A DNA stretch of 63,572 nt, the filler included. It is 6 parts of 6 records of this genome, joined end to end, with 100 filler letters (N's around TTAATTAATTAA, not from the genome) between each part and the next. Parts side by side here need not be neighbours in the genome. Positions count along the whole stretch, not along the records: positions 33,274 to 39,543 come from DRR378314_2395; positions 39,644 to 58,276 come from DRR378314_2396; 4 more parts are not named here. One strand, given 5' to 3'. This document shows, piece by piece, positions 34,476-45,353 of this stretch. The notes beneath the pieces were generated by a model, which was not told the origin of the DNA, ran no database searches, and saw nothing but the letters and a program-made list of their open reading frames with translations. The position numbers and the translations under genes are program-made. Numbering within the stretch: the first letter of the stretch is position 1; every line of letters begins with the position of its first letter.

Positions 34476-35194
34476 GTAACCGACCCATGAGGTAGAACAG
34501 CGCTGTAGACGGCAAAGTAGTGGCAAATACTTCCGGCAATCACAAACAGATGCCAAATAGCGTGATTGTAGGGAATGGCACGCACGGCATAGAAGATAAC
34601 CCCTAGCGTGTAGATGATTCCCCCTGCGGCAAGCAGAGCGATGCCGGTCACCGACAAACTGGCCGCCATCTCTCTAGAGGCCAGGACGATCATCCAGCCC
34701 ATCAGTAAATAGATAGCCACGCGGAGTACCGCGAAACGCTGTGGCCAGAGCAGTTTGCAGCCAATCCCCACTAGCGCTAGCGACCACACGGCGGTAAATA
34801 ACACCCAGCCCGTGGTGCCACGCATATTAACGAGCAGAAAAGGCGTATAAGTGCCCGCGATAAGTAGGTAAATTGCACAGTGGTCAAGCAACTGGAAGCG
34901 TTGCTTCCAGCGCCGATGAGAAATGCCATGATAGAAAGTCGAAGCAGTATAAAGCAGGACTAACGTGGTGCCGTACAGGCTCAGACTGACAATTTTCCAA
35001 GGGTCGACGTGGGCGGCCAAGCTCGCTACTACCAGCAGTACGACCATACCCACCAAGCTGAGCACAGCACCAACCCCGTGGGTAATGCTGTGTAACCACT
35101 CTTCGACAATGCTGAACTCACCCTGCTGTTGAGGCAGCACGTCACGCCGTTGTTCATCTAGAGCTTTCATCCTGGGGCGCTCCTGATATGCCAC
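34472..35194 (-). CDS. Hemolysin III / PAQR family membrane protein (TrhA-like)
   Basis: EEWLHSITHG, STFYH, LDHCAIYLLIAGTYTPF, HAIWHLFV. Start uncertain. Confidence 0.9.
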   Translation of the reverse strand: MAYQERPRMKALDEQRRDVLPQQQGEFSIVEEWLHSITHGVGAVLSLVGMVVLLVVASLAAHVDPWKIVSLSLYGTTLVLLYTASTFYHGISHRRWKQRFQLLDHCAIYLLIAGTYTPFLLVNMRGTTGWVLFTAVWSLALVGIGCKLLWPQRFAVLRVAIYLLMGWMIVLASREMAASLSVTGIALLAAGGIIYTLGVIFYAVRAIPYNHAIWHLFVIAGSICHYFAVYSAVLPHGSVT

Positions 35195-35254
35195 GCCCCA
35201 CCATTATCACTCCATGCGTTCAATACCTACAACGCTGGCGCAGGTAACGTGGCT

Positions 35255-35587
35255 TTAATGACTTATCATCCAAGGCCGTGCGGAAGGGAACATTTTATTA
35301 CCTTCCGCCGTATAAAATACTTGGGGCTTATGACGTTCTTGATGACAACAGCCTTTTTCGTGCTCACTATGCTGGTTACCATGCCTGGGCTCGTGTGCGG
35401 CTTTTTCATTCCGTGCAAAAGCGCTGCGCCGCGCTGGGTCCATCGTTAATAACTGAGGGGCGACCAGCAGTACTCGTGGTGACAGCGTTCCACACGTTGG
35501 GCAAGCGCAAGCATCACCTACTTCGCGCAGTGGAACCAGTTCGTGGAACAAGCCATGGGTAGCACATTTATAGTCATAGAGAGGCAT
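35255..35587 (-). CDS. fmdB: FmdB family zinc-ribbon protein
   Basis: MPLYDYKC..HG, CPTCG, C-terminal FPSARPWMISH. Directly downstream of the formamidase. Confidence 0.85.
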   Translation of the reverse strand: MPLYDYKCATHGLFHELVPLREVGDACACPTCGTLSPRVLLVAPQLLTMDPARRSAFARNEKAAHEPRHGNQHSEHEKGCCHQERHKPQVFYTAEGNKMFPSARPWMISH

Positions 35588-35675
35588 ACCACTTTCTCCT
35601 TGTTAGCATCCATTTTAAACAGGCAGCGATACTGGCGTGTCGCTGCCTTTCTCAATGCAGCGGTGGCTAAGCGCT

Positions 35676-36905
35676 CTACTTATCTTTGGAGAGCGGCAGA
35701 TCAGCCCCCTGGGCGACTTGCGCTCCAGGCCCATTGGCATTCGGCTTCACATCAATATCAAAAATATCCGTTGGCAGCCAAAGTGTTGCGCAAGCATTGG
35801 GAATATCGACAACGCCACTGATATGCCCTTGTACGGGCGCGCAGCCTAGTAGCGAGTAGGCTTGAGCACCGGTGTAACCAAATTTTTTGAGATATTCGAT
35901 GGCATTGAGAACGGCCTGACGATAAGCCACATGTACATCCAGGTAGTGCTGTTTACCCTGCTCGTCTACCGACACCCCTTCAAAAATCAGGTAATCATCG
36001 TATTTCGGCGTGATAGGGCTCGGTTTGAAAATAGGGTTCTTGATGGCGTACTTCTCCATCCCGCCTTTGATCAGGTTAACCCGCAAGTGGATCCAACCGG
36101 CCATCTCAATGGCGCCACAAAAGGTGATTTCCCCATCACCTTGGCTAAAGTGCAGGTCGCCTACCGACAAGCCACCATCTTTAACGTAAACGGGAAAATA
36201 AATTGTCGACCCACGCGATAAATCTTTGATATCACAATTACCACCATGTTCACGGGGCGGTACTGTTCGCGCGCCTTCAGCGGCAGCTTGTTGCTTTGCA
36301 GTGCCTGATAATTTGCCCATATGCGCCGTATCGGCGTAGGGCAGCGCGGCTAACTGAGGGATACGGTCTGGCTCGGTATCGTAAAGTGCTTTTTCTCGCT
36401 TATTCCATTCAGCCAACATCTCTTTTGAAGGTAGGCAGCCAATCAAACCCGGATGGATTAAACCAGCAAACTCGACACCAGGAATATGTCGGGATTTGGT
36501 GAACATGCCGTTAAAGTCCCAGATCGACTTTTGAGCCTCTGGGAAGTGCTCGGTTAAAAAACCACCGCCATTCTGTTTAGAAAAAAAGCCATTGAACCCC
36601 CACTGACTCTCCTCAAAGGTACCAATATCAAGAATATCGACCACCAACAAATCGCCAGGCTCGGCACCTTCAACCCCCACGGGACCTGATAAAAAGTGAA
36701 CCTGGGTTAAGTCCACATCGCGCACATCGTCGGCGCTATCATTGTTATGGATTTGCCCGCCAGTCCAGTCATGACACTCAACAATAAAATCGTCGCCAGG
36801 CTTTACCATGCAGGCCATGGGTATATCAGGATGCCAGCGATTATGGATCTGTTCGTTCTCGTAAGGTGATTGTTTAAGGTCAATTTTAATAATTGTTTCA
36901 GCCAT
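35676..36905 (-). CDS. fmdA: Formamidase (FmdA/AmdA family)
   Basis: HNRWHPDIP, DWTGGQI, PREHGGNCDIK, GDLHFSQGDGEITFCGAIE, VVDIPNAC. Confidence 0.95.
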   Translation of the reverse strand: MAETIIKIDLKQSPYENEQIHNRWHPDIPMACMVKPGDDFIVECHDWTGGQIHNNDSADDVRDVDLTQVHFLSGPVGVEGAEPGDLLVVDILDIGTFEESQWGFNGFFSKQNGGGFLTEHFPEAQKSIWDFNGMFTKSRHIPGVEFAGLIHPGLIGCLPSKEMLAEWNKREKALYDTEPDRIPQLAALPYADTAHMGKLSGTAKQQAAAEGARTVPPREHGGNCDIKDLSRGSTIYFPVYVKDGGLSVGDLHFSQGDGEITFCGAIEMAGWIHLRVNLIKGGMEKYAIKNPIFKPSPITPKYDDYLIFEGVSVDEQGKQHYLDVHVAYRQAVLNAIEYLKKFGYTGAQAYSLLGCAPVQGHISGVVDIPNACATLWLPTDIFDIDVKPNANGPGAQVAQGADLPLSKDK

Positions 36906-37131
36906 AACAAACCTCTGTCACGTAACGTAGGATAGTCAGCGTAGAGAAGATCATTTCCCCTACCCCACTATGCAAAATAGTCACTCAGGCAGTTATAAGC
37001 TAATTACATCTCGATTATTACGCAGCCTTAACGAAACTCAGCCGAGTATCTGCTCAACAAATACTCAGGGGAGCGGGCTTTAGAAGCTTTCAGACAGAAG
37101 AGCGGTTCAGCAGTGTGACAAAAGGGCTTAG

Positions 37132-37767
37132 TCACCCTTTACGTTCAATATCGACGTCGCTGGCCTGGGTAAAATCGTCCAGCGCCATCATATGGCCAAG
37201 CTTGCCCGCTTTGGTTGAGAGATAGTGCTCATTATGGGGATTTAGGCCTGTGGTAATCGGCAGGCGCTCAACCACGTTCACGCCATCCCGGGTTAACGCA
37301 TCCACCTTACGAGGGTTGTTGGTCATCAGTTTTAATGCCGTGATACCCAAGTGGTTAAGCATCGGCACACACAGGTCGTAGCGACGCATGTCCGCACCGA
37401 AACCAAGTTGCTCATTGGCTTCAACCGTGTCTGCACCTTGATCTTGCAGATGATAAGCACGGATTTTATTCAGCAGCCCAATACCTCGCCCCTCCTGGCG
37501 CAGGTAGAACAGCACGCCACGCCCTTCTTCGGCAATACGCTTGAGCGCTTCTTGTAACTGATAGCCGCAGTCGCAGCGCATGGAAAACAGTGCATCACCA
37601 GTTAAACATTCAGAATGCACGCGCCCCAGTACTGGCTCGCCGCCGCTCACATCACCTAGCGTTAAGGCGATATGGTCTTTACCCGTGGCTTCGTCTTCGA
37701 AGCCGTGCATGGTGAATGTGGCCCAAGGGGTGGGCAGCCGGGAAGCGGCAATGAAGCGAATGGTCAC
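37132..37767 (-). CDS. ribA: GTP cyclohydrolase II
   Basis: [34 protein letters not shown]. Confidence 0.97.
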   Translation of the reverse strand: MTIRFIAASRLPTPWATFTMHGFEDEATGKDHIALTLGDVSGGEPVLGRVHSECLTGDALFSMRCDCGYQLQEALKRIAEEGRGVLFYLRQEGRGIGLLNKIRAYHLQDQGADTVEANEQLGFGADMRRYDLCVPMLNHLGITALKLMTNNPRKVDALTRDGVNVVERLPITTGLNPHNEHYLSTKAGKLGHMMALDDFTQASDVDIERKG

Positions 37768-37875
37768 AGGTTACCTCGTCGATTAACCAAACCAGCTAAC
37801 CACACCGGTGTTGGAAAAATAAGAAAACATTCTACCAGGAAGCAGCGGTAGCCTCACGGTCTCAACAGGGAGAGG

Positions 37876-37951
37876 CGTTTTTAAGTACGTTTTTCAGTAC
37901 AATTGCCGCCTTCAGACACAGTTATCTTCAAGTACCGTTATCTTCAAGTAC
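37876..37951. repeat. Two tandem duplications in the ribA-hemE intergenic region
   Basis: CGTTTTTAAGTA/CGTTTTTCAGTA (37876-37899) and GTTATCTTCAAGTAC x2 (37921-37935, 37937-37951). Confidence 0.7.
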
Positions 37952-37997
37952 AATGACTCCCTTACAATGCGGGCAAACTTCTCAAGAGCAAGTGTTT

Positions 37998-39110
37998 ATG
38001 ACCACCACACCTTTGCAAAACGACCGTTTTCTTCGTGCGCTGGCTCGCCAGCCCGTCGACCGCACTCCGGTGTGGATGATGCGCCAAGCAGGCCGCTACC
38101 TGCCAGAATATCGCGCCAGCCGCGCCGATGCTGGCAGTTTTATGGATCTGTGTCGCAACCATGACCTAGCTTGTGAAGTAACGCTTCAGCCCCTTGAGCG
38201 TTACCCGCTAGATGCCGCTATTCTATTCTCCGACATCCTCACAATCCCAGATGCGATGGGGCTAGGGCTCTATTTCGAAACCGGTGAAGGCCCTAAATTC
38301 AGAAAAACCGTGCGCACCCCAGAAGAGGTTGCAGCGTTAACGGTACCCAACGCCGAGCGCGATCTCGATTATGTGATGCGTGCCGTATCGACCATTCGTC
38401 GTGAGCTGAACGGCCGCATGCCGTTGATTGGCTTTTCGGGTAGCCCCTGGACGCTAGCCACCTACATGGTGGAAGGCGGCTCCAGCAAAGACTTCCGTCA
38501 TCTGAAAACCATGCTTTACGATACGCCAGACACCATGCACCAATTGCTGGATACCCTGGCACAGTCGGTAACCGACTACCTAAACGCGCAAATTCGCGCG
38601 GGCGCTCAAGCGGTACAGATTTTTGATACCTGGGGCGGTGCGCTTTCAACCCCCGCCTACCTGGAATTTTCGCTGCGCTACATGGAGCAAATTGTCTCCG
38701 GCCTGATTCGTGAACACGATGGCCGCCACGTGCCGGTTATTCTGTTTACCAAGAATGGCGGCCAATGGCTGGAACACATCGCCTGTGCCGGAGCCGATGC
38801 GCTAGGTATCGATTGGTCGACCGAGCTTTCCGACGCCCGCTCCCGCGTGGGCCATAAAGTCGCGCTGCAGGGCAATCTCGACCCCAACGTGCTGTTCGCC
38901 CGCCCCTCGGCCATTCGCGCCGAAGTGGCTCGCGTACTGGAGAGCTACGGCCACGGCCCGGGCCACGTCTTTAACTTGGGCCATGGCATCAGCCAGTTCA
39001 CCAACCCTGATCACGTCACCGCCTTTATGGAGGCGCTGCACGATTTAAGCCCGCAGTATCATCAAGGCATTCCTACCCAAACGAACGCCCCGCGCCCAGG
39101 AGCAAAGTAA
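37998..39110 (+). CDS. hemE: Uroporphyrinogen decarboxylase
   Basis: [36 protein letters not shown]. Confidence 0.97.
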   Translation: MTTTPLQNDRFLRALARQPVDRTPVWMMRQAGRYLPEYRASRADAGSFMDLCRNHDLACEVTLQPLERYPLDAAILFSDILTIPDAMGLGLYFETGEGPKFRKTVRTPEEVAALTVPNAERDLDYVMRAVSTIRRELNGRMPLIGFSGSPWTLATYMVEGGSSKDFRHLKTMLYDTPDTMHQLLDTLAQSVTDYLNAQIRAGAQAVQIFDTWGGALSTPAYLEFSLRYMEQIVSGLIREHDGRHVPVILFTKNGGQWLEHIACAGADALGIDWSTELSDARSRVGHKVALQGNLDPNVLFARPSAIRAEVARVLESYGHGPGHVFNLGHGISQFTNPDHVTAFMEALHDLSPQYHQGIPTQTNAPRPGAK

Positions 39111-39543
39111 TGAGCGATTTACGCGACGACCAGTGGTTTACCGAAGTATTTGATAGCCACGGCAGCGCTTTCTCGCTGAAAGTCACTGAGAAATTGCTGG
39201 ATGTGCAAAGTCCCTACCAGCACCTGGAAGTGTATACCACGGAGACCTACGGCAACCTGATGGTGCTCGATGGCTGCGTGATGCTGACCGATCGCGACAA
39301 CTTCCTCTATCACGAAATGATAGCCCACCCGGCGCTGTTCACCCATCAAGACCCCAAGCGGGTAGTGATTATTGGCGGCGGCGACTGCGGCACGCTGAAG
39401 GAAGTGCTGCGTCATCCGGGCGTTGAAAAAGTGACGCAAATCGACATCGATGAAGAAGTGACCAAGGCCGCCGAGCGTTTCTTCCCAGCGCTGGTAGAAG
39501 CTAACGGCGACCCGCGTGCCGAGCTGCTGTTTGCAGACGGTGT
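39110..39543 (+). CDS. speE: Spermidine synthase, 3' truncated
   Basis: SPYQ, LDGCVMLT.RDNF.YHEM, IIGGGDCG. Confidence 0.93.
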
Positions 39544-39643
39544 NNNNNNNNNNNNNNNNNNNNNNNNNNNNNNNNNNNNNNNNNNNNTTAATTAATTAAN
39601 NNNNNNNNNNNNNNNNNNNNNNNNNNNNNNNNNNNNNNNNNNN
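39544..39643. other. Artificial contig linker
   Basis: N44-TTAATTAATTAA-N44. Confidence 0.98.
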
Positions 39644-40783
39644 GCCGGCGCGGCCGGTGCGGCCGATGCGGTGGACGTAGTCCTCCGGGTCTTCCGGCAG
39701 GTTGTAGTTGATCACGTGGGACACGCCTTCGATGTGAATGCCGCGCCCGGCCACGTCGGTGGCGATCAGCACCTGCAGGTCGCCGGCGCGGAACCGCTCC
39801 AGGGTCTTCATGCGCTGGTTCTGGGGCACGTCGCCGGAGATCAGCGACACGTTCAGGCCCTTCTTATGCAGCCGGTCGTTGAGCCGCCGGGTAATGTCGC
39901 GGCGGTTGGCGAACACGATCACTTTCGACATGTTCTCCCGGGTGATCAGGTTGTAGAGCAGGTTGAACTTGTCCTGGGTGGCGGTGATGTAGACCTTCTG
40001 GTCGACGGTGTCGGTGGTCACCTGGGTGGGCTCGATCTCCACCACCTGGGCGGCCTCGGTCCAGCGCCCGGCCAGGTTCATCACGTCGTCGTTGAAGGTG
40101 GCGGAGAACAGCTGGGTCTGCCGGTAGCGGGTGCTCGGGGTCATGTTGACGATGCGTTTGACGTCGGGGATGAAGCCCATGTCCAGCATCCGGTCGGCCT
40201 CGTCGAGCACCAGGGCTTCCACCCGGTCCAGCCAGAGGTCGCGGCGTTTGGCGAAGTCCAGCAGGCGCCCGGGCGTGGCCACCAGAATGTCGATCAGCCG
40301 GGTTTGCAGGCGTTCCTGCTGGCGGTTGAAGTTCATGCCGCCGACCACGCTCATCACCTGCAGGTCGGTGTGGTGGGCCAGCAGTTTGGCGTCCTTCTCG
40401 ATCTGCATCGCCAGCTCCCGGGTGGGCGCGACGATCAGGGCCCGCGGTTCGCCGGCGTAGCGCGGCACCGTGATCGGGTGGCGCAGCAGGTCGTTGATGA
40501 TGGTGATCAGGAAGGCGGCGGTCTTGCCGGTGCCGGTCTGCGCCCGCCCGATGGTGTCGGCGCCGGCCAGCGCGTGGGTCAGCACCTGGGCCTGGATCGG
40601 CGTGCAATACTGAAAACCGGCGTCCGCGATGCCGTGCATCAGCGCCGGCTCCAGGTCAAAGTCGTGGAAGCGGGTTTCGCCTTCTTTTTCCGGGACCTGG
40701 AACTGCTCCAGGCTCCATTCGCTGGTGGTTTCGTTTTGCATGGATTCGCTCGGTTTGGGTGCTGCGGAAAACGGCCCGGCCAT
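39644..40783 (-). CDS. rhlB: DEAD-box RNA helicase RhlB, 3' truncated
   Basis: [44 protein letters not shown]. Start uncertain (40783 or 40741). Confidence 0.9.
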
Positions 40784-40845
40784 GGGAACGGGAACCTAGT
40801 GTATAAAAAGCGGGCAGCACTGTCAGAGGAATCTCGGGTTGTGTC

Positions 40846-41427
40846 TCAGCCAAACACGAGAATGCGGTTATTCGCCGGCATGGCGTGGTCGTGGATCAGC
40901 TCGCGGCCGTGTTCGGCGAAGCGTTCCACCACCCACTCCTGGTCGCGGATGCCCATGGCAATGTCGCGGGCTTTCAGCGACAGGTCGAACTCCCGGTTGC
41001 TGTCGCTGGTGTAGGTGCCGTGATAATTGAACGGGCCGTACACCAGGAAGCGACCGTCCGGCAGTAACGTCTCGCACACCCGGCGGATGCAAAGCTCGAC
41101 CTGCGGACGAGAGACGATATGAAAGGTGTTGGCGGTGAAGATGTAGCGGTAGGCCTGCGCCGGCCAGTCGCCTTCCACGTCCAGCGCCAGCGGTTCGGCC
41201 AGGTTGTCGCTGGGGGCGTCGGCCAGCCACTGGGACAGGCCGTCCAGGTTTTCCGGCAGCTCGGTGGGCGTCCAGAGCACCTGGGGGAAGTGCGGCGCCA
41301 GCCATACCGCGTGCTGGCCTGTGCCGGCGCCGATTTCCAGCAGATCACCCGGGGCAGTGAGATAGTCACGCAATACATCAAGGATCGGACCCTTGTTGTT
41401 TTCGGCTGCCTGGGAGAAAGGTTTCAT
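40846..41427 (-). CDS. DUF938 family (METTL26-like) SAM-dependent methyltransferase
   Basis: PFSQAAENNK.PIL, LEIGAGTGQH, YGPF, SNREFD, MPANN. Confidence 0.9.
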   Translation of the reverse strand: MKPFSQAAENNKGPILDVLRDYLTAPGDLLEIGAGTGQHAVWLAPHFPQVLWTPTELPENLDGLSQWLADAPSDNLAEPLALDVEGDWPAQAYRYIFTANTFHIVSRPQVELCIRRVCETLLPDGRFLVYGPFNYHGTYTSDSNREFDLSLKARDIAMGIRDQEWVVERFAEHGRELIHDHAMPANNRILVFG

Positions 41428-41429
41428 GG

Positions 41430-42263
41430 TTATTTCCGCATCATTTTCTGTCCGGCCACCATAATACGCTGATAGGCGGTCGGCATCAGGCGCTGCATGC
41501 TGTCGATGGCGCGGGCGTCGGAGCCGATCAGCACCCGGCGCTTATTGCCTTTCACGCCCTTGAGGATGGTTTGGGAGGCCTCTTCCGGCGTGGTGCGGAA
41601 CATCTTCTCGAAATCGCGGCGCGCTTTGTCCACGTCGCCGGTGATCTTCTCGACGCCGGCGCCCATGCGCGCGTTGCGGGCGATATTGGTCTTGATGCCG
41701 CCCGGATGCACCGAGGTGCAGGACACCCGGCCGCCTTCCATTTCCAGCTCCTGGCGCAGGGCCTCGGTGAAGCCGCGCACCGCGAACTTGGACGCGTTGT
41801 AGGCCGACTGGGTGGGCACGCCGATCAGGCCGAACACGCTGGATACATTGACGATATGCCCGTCGCCGGCGGCTTTCAGGTGGGGCAGGAACGCCTTGGT
41901 GCCGTGCACTACGCCCCAGAAGTTGATGCCCATGAGCCATTCGAAGTCCTCATAGCTCATGTCTTCCACGGTGGCGCCCAGGGCCACGCCGGCGTTGTTG
42001 AACACCAGATGGGCGGCGCCGAAGTGGCCGGTGACCCGCTCGGCAAAGGCGTAGAAGGCGTCCCGGTCGGCTACGTCGAAGGCTTCGGTGATCAGGCGGT
42101 CGCTGCCCAGCCCCAGGCTGTCGGCGGTTTCCTGCAGGCCGACCTGATTCACGTCGCTGAGGGCGAGCCGGGCGCCGGCGGCGGCCAGATCCCGGGCCAG
42201 GGCCCGGCCGATGCCCGAGCCGGCGCCGGTGATCACTGCTACTTTATTCTGGAAGTCTTTCAT
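41430..42263 (-). CDS. SDR family oxidoreductase
   Basis: TGAGSGIG, NNAG, YNASK. Confidence 0.93.
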   Translation of the reverse strand: MKDFQNKVAVITGAGSGIGRALARDLAAAGARLALSDVNQVGLQETADSLGLGSDRLITEAFDVADRDAFYAFAERVTGHFGAAHLVFNNAGVALGATVEDMSYEDFEWLMGINFWGVVHGTKAFLPHLKAAGDGHIVNVSSVFGLIGVPTQSAYNASKFAVRGFTEALRQELEMEGGRVSCTSVHPGGIKTNIARNARMGAGVEKITGDVDKARRDFEKMFRTTPEEASQTILKGVKGNKRRVLIGSDARAIDSMQRLMPTAYQRIMVAGQKMMRK

Positions 42264-42390
42264 AGTTGCTGTTCCGATTCCGTCTGAATGGCCGGAGTGT
42301 AGCGGCATCGGACATGCAAAAGGGGCCAATTCCAACGTCGAAGCTGGCCACGCCGCCGGCGCCGGGCGACGCCAGGGTAACAGAGCGGCG

Positions 42391-43128
42391 TCAGGTCAGC
42401 TCCAGGCAGCCTTCGCCGACGCTGGCGATGGCGGCACGGCTGCGCGCCATGGCGTCTTCCACGGCGGCGTCGTCCTTGCCGGTGACGGCCACCGGGGCGT
42501 GCACGGTCAGGTCCACGGTGCCCGGGTGCATGCGCAGGGAATCCGCCGGCAGAATTTCCCGGGTGCCGATAATGGTGACCGGCAGAATCGGAAGGTCCAG
42601 GTCCTGGGCCATGCGGAAGGCGCCCTTCTTGAACGGGCGCAGCTCGCCGCTGCGGCTGCGGGTGCCTTCCGGGAAAAACAGGATGCTGGTGCCGCCGGTG
42701 AGGCGTTGCTTGGCCTGCTCCAGGCTGGCCAGGGCGGAGGCGCGGTCGCGGCGGTCGATGAACACATGGCCGAGCATGGCGCAGCACACGCCGATCACCG
42801 GCACGCGCCGCAATTCCTGCTTCATCACCCAGCGGAAGTCCTGTTCCAGGTGCCCGTAGAGCACCCAGATGTCGTACTGGCTGAGGTGGTTGGCGACAAT
42901 CACATAGCTGCGCGACGGGTCCACGTTTTCCAGGCCGTGCACGCGCACCTGCACGCCGCTGAGCAGCAGCCCTAGGCGCGCCCAGGGCACGGCGCTCAGG
43001 CGCGCCACCCGTCGCGGGCCGAGAAACGGCACCAGGCACAGGCACACGGCGCCGGCCACCACCGTGGCCAGCAGCATCAGCGGTACGAAAATAAACCAGG
43101 AGTAGATAAAGAAAAGCGCGTTCACCAT
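42391..43128 (-). CDS. 1-acyl-sn-glycerol-3-phosphate acyltransferase (PlsC family)
   Basis: NHLSQYD, FIDR, FPEGTRS, FKKGAF. Confidence 0.93.
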   Translation of the reverse strand: MVNALFFIYSWFIFVPLMLLATVVAGAVCLCLVPFLGPRRVARLSAVPWARLGLLLSGVQVRVHGLENVDPSRSYVIVANHLSQYDIWVLYGHLEQDFRWVMKQELRRVPVIGVCCAMLGHVFIDRRDRASALASLEQAKQRLTGGTSILFFPEGTRSRSGELRPFKKGAFRMAQDLDLPILPVTIIGTREILPADSLRMHPGTVDLTVHAPVAVTGKDDAAVEDAMARSRAAIASVGEGCLELT

Positions 43129-43204
43129 GCCAGTGGTCTCCGCCTGGTCGGCATCGAAAAAAAACCACGTCAATGGTAGCGAAAAGGGCCGAATATGACA
43201 GGTG

Positions 43205-43924
43205 TCAGGGGCTTTTTGTTACGTTTTTCGTCGGCTCCGGACGGCCCGGCCCGCGCAGGTCCAGCCAGTCGTAATAGTGCCCCTGGTATTCGGCGCGGTG
43301 CACCACCCGGCGCAGCCGCTCCAGGGTGAAATAGGGGGCGTCGCGCAGCAGGATGTTGGCCAGCCAGGCGGGGATGTAGCCGCCGGGGTTCAATTCCAGC
43401 TGGTAGACCACTTCCACCTCGCCCGGCGCCACGCGGCGGAAGCGCAGCATCCCTTCCATATGCGGGAAGCGCACGTAATCCGGGTCGGGGGGCAGCAGGT
43501 TCGGGCGGTTGCTGAGGTCCACCACCACTTCTTCATTGCTCGGGTCGCTGGCCTGTATCACCCGGGTCTGCAGCACCGCCTCGCGGTCGGCCAGCGGCCA
43601 GGGCAGCAGCGTGGTGAAGTGCAGCTGGCGCACCTGTTCGTTGCTGCGACCCAGCTCTCGGGCGCTGTCCACGAAGTGCAGCCAGTCCGGGTAGGCCTGG
43701 TAATCGTTGAGCAGGGCCACCATGGCGTACTCATCGTCGAGCGGGAAGCGGGTCACGCCGCGGAACGTTTTCAGCGGTGTCCGGTCTCCATGTTGCATGT
43801 AGACCTGAATGCCGTTGCGGTCACTGACCAGTTGCCAGGCGCCGGCCTGGGCAGGCAGCCGCTCCGCGGCCAGCAAGGCCGTCAGCAGGACCAGGTAGGG
43901 GATTGCCCGGAGAGAGGTTTGCAT
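43205..43924 (-). CDS. START/SRPBCC lipid-binding domain protein, secreted
   Basis: Signal peptide, WQLVSDRNGIQVY, LPWPLADRE, NPGGYIPAWLAN. Confidence 0.85.
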   Translation of the reverse strand: MQTSLRAIPYLVLLTALLAAERLPAQAGAWQLVSDRNGIQVYMQHGDRTPLKTFRGVTRFPLDDEYAMVALLNDYQAYPDWLHFVDSARELGRSNEQVRQLHFTTLLPWPLADREAVLQTRVIQASDPSNEEVVVDLSNRPNLLPPDPDYVRFPHMEGMLRFRRVAPGEVEVVYQLELNPGGYIPAWLANILLRDAPYFTLERLRRVVHRAEYQGHYYDWLDLRGPGRPEPTKNVTKSP

Positions 43925-44063
43925 ATAAAAGTCACCCGAAAGTCGTAGATGCATTATGCCATCATCGATGTCGCTTGTCTTCGCCGGGTAGGGGCAATCC
44001 CCGTACGCCGGTGTTAGACTTCGTGCCTTTCCTCGCACCTTGACAAACGGATGCCGAATGCCC

Positions 44064-45353
44064 ATGGCAAGACGTGGTTTTCACTGGTTGCTTGGCGCTT
44101 TATTGCTGGTGAGTTTCGTGGCGGTGCTGCCGGAACACCAGGAACGGGTTTCCAAGCCTGAATTCAAGCCGGATTACGTGCCCGGCCACGACCGGTTGAA
44201 CGGTCAATGGCAGATGCGTTTCGCCTCCGACGGTGAGACGCCGCTGGTGCACGCGCCGTCCATGGTGGCGCTGCCGGACGGCCGCCTGCGTGCGTTCTGG
44301 TTCGCCGGCAAACGTGAAGGCGGCCCGGACGTGGCCATCCACTCGGCGATTTTCGACCCGCAACAGGGTGCCTGGAGCGAGGAAGAGCGGGTTGTCACCC
44401 GCGAGCAGATCCGCCTGCAGTGGGGCCGGCACGTGCGCAAGCTGGGCAACGCCGTGCCGGTGCTGGACGAGGACGGCCGCATGCGGCTGTTCGTGGTGGC
44501 GGTGAGTTTCGGTGGCTGGGCGGCGAGCCGCCTGGTGGTGCTGGAGTCCGACGACATGGGCGCCAGCTGGCGGTTCGACGAAGCGCTGGTCACCTCTCCG
44601 TTTCTGAATATCAGCACCCTGGTGAAAACCCCGCCGATCCGCTACCAGGACGGCACCGTGGGCTTGCCGGTGTACCACGAAATGGTGGGTAAATTCGGCG
44701 AAATACTGCGCCTGGACGAGCACAACCGGATCGTCGACAAGGAGCGCATCGGCCACGGCCGCAAGGCGATTCAGCCGCTGGTGCTGGTGGACGGGCCGAA
44801 ACGGGCCACCGCCTTCCTGCGTAATGAAACCGATACTCACCCCGGCTTCCTGTACCGCAGTGAGACCCGCGACGGCGGTGGTGACTGGTCGCCGCTGCGC
44901 CCGTCGCAGCTGCAGAACCCGTCATCGGCGGTGGGTGGCGTGGTGCTGTCGCCGGGGCACTGGCTGCTGGTGGCCAACTGCAACCCGATGGAGCGCGACG
45001 ACCTCTGCATGCGCGAAACCCATGATGGCGGTAAGACCTGGTCGGGGCGTTATTTCTTCCATAACCGGGCGCAATGGCGCGAAGGCAACGTGCCGCAGAC
45101 CGAGTACATGGAAATGATTTCCGAGGAGGTGGCCGGCACCCTGGAAACCGAAAGCCCGGCGTTGCTGCGTCAGCGCGTGGCGCGCAACAAGTGCGAGGAA
45201 CAGGGCTGCGAGTTTCAGTACGACTATCCGTATGTGATCCAAGCCGCCAACGGTGACGTGCATATCCTCTACACTTGGAACAAGTCGGCGATTCGACACG
45301 CCTGGCTTCCTGAGGATCAGCCGCTATTGGGGGGGATGGCCGGTGATTTCTAG
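44064..45353 (+). CDS. BNR/Asp-box beta-propeller protein (sialidase-like, BNR_2)
   Basis: N-terminal TM/signal, Asp boxes SDDMGASW, TRDGGGDW and THDGGKTW, HAPS, YDYPY, HILYTW. Confidence 0.85.
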   Translation: MARRGFHWLLGALLLVSFVAVLPEHQERVSKPEFKPDYVPGHDRLNGQWQMRFASDGETPLVHAPSMVALPDGRLRAFWFAGKREGGPDVAIHSAIFDPQQGAWSEEERVVTREQIRLQWGRHVRKLGNAVPVLDEDGRMRLFVVAVSFGGWAASRLVVLESDDMGASWRFDEALVTSPFLNISTLVKTPPIRYQDGTVGLPVYHEMVGKFGEILRLDEHNRIVDKERIGHGRKAIQPLVLVDGPKRATAFLRNETDTHPGFLYRSETRDGGGDWSPLRPSQLQNPSSAVGGVVLSPGHWLLVANCNPMERDDLCMRETHDGGKTWSGRYFFHNRAQWREGNVPQTEYMEMISEEVAGTLETESPALLRQRVARNKCEEQGCEFQYDYPYVIQAANGDVHILYTWNKSAIRHAWLPEDQPLLGGMAGDF

